A stretch of 64,000 bases of DNA, taken from an uncultured Psychroserpens sp. (GTDB taxonomy: Bacteria > Bacteroidota > Bacteroidia > Flavobacteriales > Flavobacteriaceae). The stretch covers positions 24,928 to 88,927 of the forward strand of contig CANKZZ010000007.1 in NCBI GenBank assembly GCA_947488655.1, written 5' to 3'. The notes below the pieces were generated by a model. That model searched no databases. It saw only the letters and a program-made list of their open reading frames with translations, and had not been told where the DNA came from. This document shows, piece by piece, positions 20,806 through 29,053 of the stretch. Position 1 is the stretch's first letter; every line of letters begins with the position of its first letter. The position numbers and the translations under genes are program-made.

Positions 20806-20842
20806 AAAAAAAGACCATAATAATTTAATATTATGGTCTTTT
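20806..20842. terminator. bidirectional hairpin terminator
   Basis: Stem AGACCATAATA/TATTATGGTCT flanked by A7 and T4, between convergent genes. Confidence 0.7.
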
Positions 20843-20862
20843 ATATTTAAAGCTAAAATAAC

Positions 20863-21234
20863 TTATTTAGCTACCGTATTTTTTAAATATATCTCAAATT
20901 GCTGAGCGTTTAAAACATTTTTTAATTTACCATTAATATAGTCTTGAAGCTTAGCTCTCTTCTCGTTTTTTAAGGTAGAATCTTCTATAGCCTCAACGCC
21001 TTTAACTTTTCTCTCTACTGAAGAAAAAATGCTATACACCTTCTTTACCTGCTCAGCCTCTAACTTGTTAGTTCTCTCTAACATATTAACTATTTGATTG
21101 GTCATCTTTTTAGGATACGTTTGAACTCTTGTTTTTGCAGATGTTGTTTCTAAAACAGCGTCTGTCTGTGCAAAAGATAATTGACTACCAGCAAACAAAA
21201 AACATGCAACGCTTAATAATATTAGTTTTTTCAT
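20863..21234 (-). CDS. small secreted helical protein (LNAQQFEIYLK motif)
   Basis: Has a signal peptide ending FAQ. This is the third member in the window of the L(T/N)xxQ(F/Y) small periplasmic protein type. Confidence 0.5.
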   Translation of the reverse strand: MKKLILLSVACFLFAGSQLSFAQTDAVLETTSAKTRVQTYPKKMTNQIVNMLERTNKLEAEQVKKVYSIFSSVERKVKGVEAIEDSTLKNEKRAKLQDYINGKLKNVLNAQQFEIYLKNTVAK

Positions 21235-21525
21235 GATATCGGTTAAATAATTAAAGGTCTAATATACAAAAATTGTTCTATCAAATCTATCTCTCAATAT
21301 AAATAATACCCAAGAAATTAAACATATGTCTCATAAATCGAGTATTAATTCTTAGGGTGTTTGACTCATTTTTCAGTTAATATTTTTAAGTAGTATTAAA
21401 GTTTATTTTTATCCCTACATCATCTCAATCAAATCAAATATTTCAATGATATAAATTTAATATTAAAAGAGATTCTCGTTTCTTATATTTTTTATAACTT
21501 ATCTCCTCATATAAATTCTTTTAAT

Positions 21526-21909
21526 ATGAATACAATTACTATACAAGATGAAAGTGCTGCTGGTGCGATTTTAAATGAAATAACGCTAAAGTTTAGTGAA
21601 GAATACATTTCTGTTTCGGCATTAATAAAAGCAAGAATAAAACAAGAAATTTTTCAGTATGAAAACAATGTAGAATCTTATAAAAAAGGCTTGGTTGTTC
21701 CTGGATCGCTAGAAAGCAAATTGAATAATAAAAAAGCTAAATCTATCGATGCAGAAAAACAACTATATATTGCTTTAGATGCATTTAAAAATAATGGATT
21801 TATTCTACTTGTGGATGATGAGCAGGTTGTTGACTTAGAACAAAAAGTATTAGTTGACGCTTCTACTGTAGTCTCATTTATAAAACTCACACCTCTTGTT
21901 GGTGGCTAA
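21526..21909 (+). CDS. ubiquitin-like (ThiS/MoaD-type beta-grasp) protein ending in Gly-Gly
   Basis: ATG at 21526. The last codons are GGT GGC TAA (21901..21909), giving ...GFILLVDDEQVVDLEQKVLVDASTVVSFIKLTPLVGG*. This tail matches the ThiS/MoaD logic (..N.e.v......l.dgD.v.i.p.v.GG). It sits 12 nt upstream of the next gene and in one operon with an E1. Confidence 0.6.
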   Translation: MNTITIQDESAAGAILNEITLKFSEEYISVSALIKARIKQEIFQYENNVESYKKGLVVPGSLESKLNNKKAKSIDAEKQLYIALDAFKNNGFILLVDDEQVVDLEQKVLVDASTVVSFIKLTPLVGG

Positions 21910-21921
21910 TTTAAAAATACT

Positions 21922-24504
21922 ATGTTTAATTTTTTTAAAAAGAAAAAAGTAGATTCAAAATTAGAGTATATAGAAGATGCTATAAATAAAATCAACAAAA
22001 ATTCTCGTTTTATTTATACTACAAATGATATTGCAGGCAATGATGATTATAATACATTAAAAAATGAATCTACGACGTATCAAAAAACGTTTATATATGA
22101 TAGCATAAATTATATTGAAACTATCCTTAATAAAGAGTATGACAATTCTAAAAAAGTTATAAAAAATAGAGATAATACTATTTACCATTACCGTTTAACT
22201 GCATTTGCTATAATAAGTGGTTTAATGCGAAAAAACTTAGATTATAATGAAGATGAATGGATAGAATTACTCAAATTAGTACATCAAAAGACAACTTCAC
22301 TAAAACGAAACGCTTACGGTTTTTCTCTTAGTGATTTCCCAATTAATTATGCTATACAGCAAATTGAGCGTTATATTAAAAAAGAAGGCTTATCTACAGA
22401 ACTCTCCAATTATATAAAAAGCATGCTCAAATGGGACGCTTTAAACAACACAAATAATGGGTATTGGGGAAGTGATTTAAAAAAATCTGTTGCTAAACTA
22501 AGTAAAATAGTACAGGTTGATGGTGAATTTGTTCCCTTTGTTTTAAAAACAGAAGACATAGGTCCTCAGGTTAATACGATTATCAATGCTAGTAAAAAGA
22601 GTAACGAGCTTCATCAATTGTTTTATTTAACCTATGGAGCTTCTAGCTCTAAACCTTCAAAAAAATTTAAAACCCAAACTGAAGACCTTATAAAAGTAAT
22701 TGGTAAAAATGAATACAGAAAAATTGCTCAAGACATTTTAACTGTTGCTATAGGCCATCCAATTGTAGAAGAAACAAAATCTTACACTTATAATAATCAG
22801 GTAAATGAATATAAACATTATACCTATTTATGTGATTCTAGCAAACAATTTATTAAAGGGATTGTTTGGACAGTTTCACCGTTTTCAGATAAAGAGACAC
22901 TTAATATTCTTAGCAATTTACTAGTTAAATCATACACCAAAATGCCAGGAGTTGGTCCTGCTGCAGCTGCTGTTGGTAATGCTTGTATTTATATAATGGG
23001 TAATATGCGAGGTAAAGATGGCTTAGGTGCTTTATCTCGTATAAAATTAAAACTAAAACAGAATAACGTAAAAAAGAGTATCGATAAATATTTAATTGAA
23101 GGCGCTAAAAAATACAATGTATCCGTAGAAGAACTCAAAGAAATGGCTGTTCCTGATTTTCAATTAAAAAACGGAATGAAAACTATAAACTTTGATGATT
23201 ATAAATTAAACATCTTTATTGCAAACAGTAAAGTAAATCAACAATGGCTAAAGCCTGATGGCAATAGCATGAAATCTGTTCCATCAATCGTAAAAAACTC
23301 CGGTAAGTTAACGAGTCTACTTAAAGACGTTAGAAAGGAGGTTAAAGAGATTCAAAAAGTATATACTGCTCAAAAACAAAGAATTGATAACCTATTTATT
23401 TTAAATCGATCTTGGGATTTACCAACATTTAAAAAATATTATTTAGATCATGGTGTTGTTAACCCTATAGCAACAAAACTAATCTGGACATTTCAAAATG
23501 ACACAAATAAAGAAGACGCGCTTTTTGTTAAAGGCAAATGGCAAAATGTCAATGGAAAAACATTATGCTGGATAGATGATAATACTATAGTTAAGTTATG
23601 GCATCCTGTTTTTGCCAAAGAAAAAGACATTGTAGAATGGAGAGATAAAATCATAGACTTAGAACTAAAACAACCTATTAAACAAGCGTTTAGAGAACTG
23701 TATATTTTAACAGATGCCGAATTAAACACACAAAATTATTCTAATAGAATGGCTGCCCATCTTTTAAAGCAACATCAATTTAATGCATTAGCAGGACTTC
23801 GTGGTTGGAAATATGCTTTAATGGGAGCTTATGATAATGGACGTTATGATGAATCTTGCAGCAAATATCTACCAGAATATAACATGACAGCAGAGTATTG
23901 GATAGATGAATTAAACGACCACGATGCTTTTAATGATGCTGGGATTTGGCTTTATGTAGCGACAGACCAGGTAAAATTTAAAGACCAAGACGGACACGTT
24001 ATAAATTTAATTGATGTACCAAAAATTGTGTTTTCAGAAATTATGCGAGATGTAGACTTGTTTGTTGGTGTAGCAAGTGTAGGTAATGATCCAGAATGGC
24101 AAGATAACAATGGAGATAGACAAAATCACAGAGATTATTGGACCTCGTATTCTTTTGGTGATTTAACTGAAATAGCAAAAACTAGAAAATCTATTTTAGA
24201 ACGATTGCTACCAAGACTTTCAAAAATTAAAAATAAAGCAACGATAGAAGGCAAATTTCTTATTGTTGAAGGCCATTTAAGAACCTATAAAATTCATATA
24301 GGAAGTGGCAATATTTTAATGGAACCTAATGACCAATATCTATGTATTGTCCCTTCTAGGTCACCTAATAAAGCTACAGATAAATTATTTATTCCCTTTG
24401 AAGGTGATAAAGGTTTATCTATAGTTCTAAGCAAAGCTTTTCTTCTTGCCGAAGACAATAAAATTACTGACACGACAATTTTAAGTCAAATAAACCGTAA
24501 TTAA
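21922..24504 (+). CDS. large DUF4132 domain protein (MolR/YehQ-like)
   Basis: 860 aa. Signature stretches I associate with DUF4132 and its C-terminal extension are WHPVFA...W.., QPIKQAFRELYILT, NRMAAHLLKQHQFNALAGLRGW, DVDLFVGVASVGNDPEW and RTYKIHIGSGNILMEPNDQYLCIVP. I saw no zinc-finger, E2 or JAB motif. Confidence 0.75.
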   Translation: MFNFFKKKKVDSKLEYIEDAINKINKNSRFIYTTNDIAGNDDYNTLKNESTTYQKTFIYDSINYIETILNKEYDNSKKVIKNRDNTIYHYRLTAFAIISGLMRKNLDYNEDEWIELLKLVHQKTTSLKRNAYGFSLSDFPINYAIQQIERYIKKEGLSTELSNYIKSMLKWDALNNTNNGYWGSDLKKSVAKLSKIVQVDGEFVPFVLKTEDIGPQVNTIINASKKSNELHQLFYLTYGASSSKPSKKFKTQTEDLIKVIGKNEYRKIAQDILTVAIGHPIVEETKSYTYNNQVNEYKHYTYLCDSSKQFIKGIVWTVSPFSDKETLNILSNLLVKSYTKMPGVGPAAAAVGNACIYIMGNMRGKDGLGALSRIKLKLKQNNVKKSIDKYLIEGAKKYNVSVEELKEMAVPDFQLKNGMKTINFDDYKLNIFIANSKVNQQWLKPDGNSMKSVPSIVKNSGKLTSLLKDVRKEVKEIQKVYTAQKQRIDNLFILNRSWDLPTFKKYYLDHGVVNPIATKLIWTFQNDTNKEDALFVKGKWQNVNGKTLCWIDDNTIVKLWHPVFAKEKDIVEWRDKIIDLELKQPIKQAFRELYILTDAELNTQNYSNRMAAHLLKQHQFNALAGLRGWKYALMGAYDNGRYDESCSKYLPEYNMTAEYWIDELNDHDAFNDAGIWLYVATDQVKFKDQDGHVINLIDVPKIVFSEIMRDVDLFVGVASVGNDPEWQDNNGDRQNHRDYWTSYSFGDLTEIAKTRKSILERLLPRLSKIKNKATIEGKFLIVEGHLRTYKIHIGSGNILMEPNDQYLCIVPSRSPNKATDKLFIPFEGDKGLSIVLSKAFLLAEDNKITDTTILSQINRN

Positions 24505-25202
24505 TGTCATCAATATTTGAAGTTCAAGATAAACTTATAGGGAAGACAAAATCTCAGCAATTAAAGAATTCTCGAATTGCAATTGTTGGTCTTGGTGGTC
24601 TTGGCTGCTCAGTTGCTATGGGAATAGTACGATTGGGTATTAATAATTTAGTTTTAATAGATAATGATAAAATAGAGGTATCAAATATTCCAAGGCAAAT
24701 TCTCTTCGAAAAAAAAGATATTGGTCACTCAAAAATTGTAACTGCAAAACAACAACTTTTAGACATTTTTGAAGATTTAACTATTAATTGTATTGACGAT
24801 TTTATAACCGTTAGTAATGGTACTAAACTTTTAGAAAATGTTGATATTGTAATAGATTGTACAGACAATTATATGGCGCGTTATGCTGTGAGTAAAACAT
24901 GTCTATCGCTAAAAATACCTATGATTTATGGAGGAGTTCAAGCCTTCGAAGGGCAGATAGGTACTTTTAATTACAATAAAAGCAAACCCTTTCACATACT
25001 GTTTCCTAACCTTAATACTCTACTATTAGAAGAAAAATGTGAAGCATCAGGTGTATTACCTTTTGTAGTACAAACTGTTGCCAATCTTCAAATTATTGAA
25101 GCCTACAAGATCATCTGTGGTGAACAAAATGTGCTTAGCAATCAACTTTTATGTATTAATACCTTATCTAATAAATCCAGAATTATAAATTTAAATCATT
25201 AG
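24504..25202 (+). CDS. ThiF/MoeB/HesA-family E1-like adenylyltransferase (minimal, 232 aa)
   Basis: The ATG shares one base with the upstream TAA (TAATG at 24502..24506). Has VGLGGLG (Rossmann), DNDKIEVSNIPRQ, CTDN and KCEASGVLPFV (Cys179, codon 25038..25040). It has no CxxC pair and no rhodanese domain. Confidence 0.85.
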   Translation: MSSIFEVQDKLIGKTKSQQLKNSRIAIVGLGGLGCSVAMGIVRLGINNLVLIDNDKIEVSNIPRQILFEKKDIGHSKIVTAKQQLLDIFEDLTINCIDDFITVSNGTKLLENVDIVIDCTDNYMARYAVSKTCLSLKIPMIYGGVQAFEGQIGTFNYNKSKPFHILFPNLNTLLLEEKCEASGVLPFVVQTVANLQIIEAYKIICGEQNVLSNQLLCINTLSNKSRIINLNH

Positions 25203-25235
25203 TTAAAGTTAAAATAACTTCAATTGCACCTAAAC

Positions 25236-25562
25236 TTACAATAAATAAGGTTGCGCATGTCCATTATCTAAAAGCCACCTATTTATGTCAATTCCATCAT
25301 AAATTATAGTTGCCAAATAACGACCATATTTACCTTGTTTATCTTTGTAAGAGTGTATCTCTACCTCTTTATCTAAAATCATTTCTCTCAAAATATCACG
25401 CACAACCTTGCCTTGCTCGCGTTCTTCCCCTCTAAGCTCTGGAGTGTCAATACCAAATAATCTTAATTTCATCTCTTGATAATGAAGAAACCCTAAATCT
25501 ACCATTGCAGTTACGGTATCTCCATCATATACACTTATAATTTTTGCTTTATAATGATACAT
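25236..25562 (-). CDS. staphylococcal-nuclease-like (thermonuclease family) protein, short form
   Basis: YDGDT, RLFGIDTPE and KYGRYLA match the SNase Ca/active-site motifs. It is only 108 aa and has no signal peptide. Confidence 0.75.
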   Translation of the reverse strand: MYHYKAKIISVYDGDTVTAMVDLGFLHYQEMKLRLFGIDTPELRGEEREQGKVVRDILREMILDKEVEIHSYKDKQGKYGRYLATIIYDGIDINRWLLDNGHAQPYLL

Positions 25563-25603
25563 AATTAATAATTTTATAAAGCAATATAAATGTAAATGCT
25601 TAA

Positions 25604-27655
25604 TTAATAACCAATTAGATTCATTATTTTAATTTTAACTTTTTCCGTAGAAGGAATCATTGTTTCTTCTAAAACAGAATTTAGAGGGATTGCAGGCATA
25701 TTTTCACTACCAATTGTCATTACAGGTGCGTCTAAATATTTAAAACACTCTTCTTGTATTTTACCAGATAAAGCTCTTGCAAAACTATTGTTTGATGGCT
25801 CCTCTGTGACCACTAAACATTTTCCTGTTTTTTTAACCGATGTCATTATCGTTTTTTCGTCTAAAGGGAATAAAGTTCTCAAATCAATAATCTCAATTTG
25901 ATCTTGCATATCTAATTCTTCACTAGCATTCATAGCCCAATGCACTCCCATACCATACGTTACAATAGTCAACGTTTCTACATTTTCTTGTTTCCAAATT
26001 TCTTGTAAAACCCAAGCTTTCCCAAAAGGCAATACATAATCTTCACTAGGCTCAATAGATGTTGCGCCTTTTGTACCAGGAACTTTTGACCAATACAAGC
26101 CTTTATGTTCTAGAATTACAACGGGATTTGGATCATAATAGGCAGCTTTCATTAAACCCTTTAAATCGGCTCCATTACTTGGATACGCTATTTTGATGCC
26201 ACGAATATTGGTTATCACACTTTCTACAGATGATGAATGATAAGGTCCACCACTTCCATAAGCACCAATTGGAACTCTAAGAATCATACTCACTGGCCAT
26301 TTACCGTTAGATAAGTAACAACTTCTACTTACCTCTGTAAATAATTGATTTAGTCCAGGCCAAATATAATCTGCAAACTGAACCTCAACTATTGGTTTTA
26401 AACCAACTGCACTCATACCAACGGTAGAACCAACAATAAATGCCTCTTGTATTGGTGTATTAAACACACGATCGTCTCCAAATTTTTGAGCCAAAGTTGC
26501 TGCTTCTCTAAAAACACCACCTAATCTCCCACCAACATCTTGTCCGTAGAGTAAACATTCCTTGTGCATTTTCATTAACTCTTCTACAGCAAATAGCGCA
26601 CAATCTACCATAACCACTTTATCGGCACCTTCTGGTGCACGAGTTCCTTTTTCTTCGGAAATTGGCGTTGGCACAAAATCGTGAGTAAACAAATCTTCAG
26701 GTTTTGGATCTTCAGCTTTCAATGCTTTTTCAAAATCTGATTGAACTTTCAATTTTGCAGAGTTTTCTATATCTTCAATATCTTCCGAAGAAAATCCCGC
26801 ATCAATTAATTGCTTCTTTAATACAGGATAAGGGTCACGAGAACGCGCTTCTTCAAGATCATCTCGATACCATTCCATTCTCACACCAGAAGTATGATGA
26901 TTTAATAAAGGTACTTTTGCATGTACCAAAAATGGTCTACGTTCTGTTCGAATCGTCTCTATAACTTTTTCTAATGCTTCATAACTTTCAGTAAAATTAG
27001 CGCCATCAATAGAGATAGCTTCTAACCCGTTGAATCCTCTAGCGTATTCAAAAGCATTCTGCGCTCTAGTTTCCGCAGCATTAGCACTAATATCCCAACC
27101 GTTATCTTGCACTAAATATAAAATTGGCATTTGCTTTAATGCTGCCATTTGAAACGCTTCTGCAATTTCACCTTCGGTCACTGAAGCATCACCTAATGAA
27201 CATACTACAAATGGCAAATCTTTGAGTGTTTTATCATCTAAACCTTGCAATTCCTTATACTGCATTCCCATTGCAACTCCTGTTGCTGGTATGGTTTGCA
27301 TACCGGTTGCAGATGATTGATGTGGAATTTTAGGTTTGTCATCATCCTTTAAACTCGGATGCGAATAATAGGTTCTTCCTCCAGAAAACGGATCGTCTTT
27401 TTTAGCCAATAATTGTAACATTAAATCATAAGGTTCTAAACCAAATGACAACAACATCGCATCATCCCTGTAATACGGAAACGCATAATCTTGAGGCAAC
27501 AATTGCATTCCTAAGGCAATCTGTATTGCTTCATGACCACGAGATGTCGCATGCACATATTTTGATACTTGCTTAAAATTAGCTTCGTATAATTCTGTCA
27601 TTGCCTTCGCAGTACAGAGTTTTGAAAATCCTTTTTTTAAAATCTTTTTATTCAT
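25604..27655 (-). CDS. alpha-keto acid dehydrogenase E1 component, alpha/beta fusion (TPP-dependent)
   Basis: 683 aa. The N-terminal half has the TPP motif (GDAS.TEG...N), and the C-terminal half is transketolase-pyrimidine/C-terminal-like. This fusion form is typical of Bacteroidota. Confidence 0.9.
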   Translation of the reverse strand: MNKKILKKGFSKLCTAKAMTELYEANFKQVSKYVHATSRGHEAIQIALGMQLLPQDYAFPYYRDDAMLLSFGLEPYDLMLQLLAKKDDPFSGGRTYYSHPSLKDDDKPKIPHQSSATGMQTIPATGVAMGMQYKELQGLDDKTLKDLPFVVCSLGDASVTEGEIAEAFQMAALKQMPILYLVQDNGWDISANAAETRAQNAFEYARGFNGLEAISIDGANFTESYEALEKVIETIRTERRPFLVHAKVPLLNHHTSGVRMEWYRDDLEEARSRDPYPVLKKQLIDAGFSSEDIEDIENSAKLKVQSDFEKALKAEDPKPEDLFTHDFVPTPISEEKGTRAPEGADKVVMVDCALFAVEELMKMHKECLLYGQDVGGRLGGVFREAATLAQKFGDDRVFNTPIQEAFIVGSTVGMSAVGLKPIVEVQFADYIWPGLNQLFTEVSRSCYLSNGKWPVSMILRVPIGAYGSGGPYHSSSVESVITNIRGIKIAYPSNGADLKGLMKAAYYDPNPVVILEHKGLYWSKVPGTKGATSIEPSEDYVLPFGKAWVLQEIWKQENVETLTIVTYGMGVHWAMNASEELDMQDQIEIIDLRTLFPLDEKTIMTSVKKTGKCLVVTEEPSNNSFARALSGKIQEECFKYLDAPVMTIGSENMPAIPLNSVLEETMIPSTEKVKIKIMNLIGY

Positions 27656-27715
27656 TTCTAGTTTTCTTAGACCTATCAGATTCTAAAAATCTAACCTGTC
27701 TATTAATTCTAATCC

Positions 27716-29020
27716 TTATATTTTTCTATTGATATCAAATTGCTCAAAATAATCAGCAACTCTCCTAACAAAACTTCCTCCTAAAAAGCCATCAACTACA
27801 CGATGATCAAAAGAAAGAGATAGATACATCATACTTCGAATAGCTATTTCATCTCCTTTTTTTGTCGTAATAACTTCTGGACGCTTTTTTATGATTCCTA
27901 ATGCTAAAATGGCAACTTCTGGTTGATTGATAATTGGTGTTCCCATAACACTACCAAAGGTTCCTACGTTAGAAATAGTGAATGTGCTGCCCTTAATATC
28001 GTCGCCTGCTAATTTGTTTTCTCTTGCTTTTCCTGCTAGTTCATTAACATTACTAGCAATAGTTTTTAAATCTTTAGTATCAGCATTTTTTACTACAGGA
28101 ACTATTAAATTCCCACTTGGTAATGCGGTTGCCATACCAATATTTATGTCTTCTTTTACAATAATGTTATTACCATCTACCGAAGCGTTAATGTTTGGAA
28201 AATCTTTTACTGCTTTGGCTACTGCTTCTACAAATAATGGTGTAAAGGTTAAGCGTTCACCATGCTTTTCTTGAAAAGCGACTTTGTTTGCATTTCGCCA
28301 GTTTACCATATTGGTCATATCTGCTTCTACATAAGCTGTAACGTGTGGCGACGTATGTTTTGAATACACCATGTGATCTGCAATCATTTGGCGCATGCGA
28401 TCCATTTCAATAACTTTTCCTTTGCCTTTATCAAACTGTAATTGCGGAATACGATAAGCTGTTGGATCTTTTTCAGCAACTGGTTGAGCGAATTTATATG
28501 GTCGACCTTCTTCTATATACTGAAACACATCACTTTTACGTAATCTGCCTTCGTGACCTGTTGCAGGAATACGTGCTAGCTCTTCAAAACTGATATGTTG
28601 TTCTTTTGCTATTTCTAAAACTAATGGCGAAAAAAATGTATTTGAATTTGAAACTGAAAAAGAATTAGATGTTGAAGCTTGTTGAACTGGCTTTGGTCTT
28701 TTTGCTGCCTTTACCTCTTTTTGAGGCTTCTGAGCCTCGCTTGATGAAGCTTTTGTTTTGTTAGTAGATTTTATTTCTTCTACAACTTCTAAAATCGCTA
28801 AAACCTCTCCAACTGGCACAACATCTTTGGCTTGAAATAAGGTTTCAACCAATGTTCCAGATGCTGGTGCAGGTACTTCGTTATCAACTTTATCTGTAGC
28901 TACTTCGAGTATAATATCTCCTTCATCAAAACTATCTCCTTTAGAAATTAACCAATTAATTATAGTTCCTTCTGTTATACTTTCGCCCATTTTAGGCATT
29001 TTTAATTCGAATTTCGACAT
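27716..29020 (-). CDS. dihydrolipoamide acyltransferase (E2) of a 2-oxo acid dehydrogenase complex
   Basis: Has a lipoyl domain (..EVATDKVDNEVPAP..), an E3/E1-binding domain, and a catalytic domain with the DHRVVDG motif. Confidence 0.9.
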   Translation of the reverse strand: MSKFELKMPKMGESITEGTIINWLISKGDSFDEGDIILEVATDKVDNEVPAPASGTLVETLFQAKDVVPVGEVLAILEVVEEIKSTNKTKASSSEAQKPQKEVKAAKRPKPVQQASTSNSFSVSNSNTFFSPLVLEIAKEQHISFEELARIPATGHEGRLRKSDVFQYIEEGRPYKFAQPVAEKDPTAYRIPQLQFDKGKGKVIEMDRMRQMIADHMVYSKHTSPHVTAYVEADMTNMVNWRNANKVAFQEKHGERLTFTPLFVEAVAKAVKDFPNINASVDGNNIIVKEDINIGMATALPSGNLIVPVVKNADTKDLKTIASNVNELAGKARENKLAGDDIKGSTFTISNVGTFGSVMGTPIINQPEVAILALGIIKKRPEVITTKKGDEIAIRSMMYLSLSFDHRVVDGFLGGSFVRRVADYFEQFDINRKI

Positions 29021-29053
29021 CTTTATTAACTAGCGTTTGTTAGTTTTTAAAAT

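Noticed and set aside
21526-25202. Annotating the GG-protein and E1 simply as thiS/thiF or moaD/moeB
   Set aside because: No thiC/E/G/H or moaA/C/E gene is in the cassette or anywhere in the window. The Ubl is about twice ThiS size. The genes are translationally coupled to a DUF4132 gene instead. I cannot exclude a cofactor role without seeing the whole genome, so this remains the explicit refutation test for the main finding.
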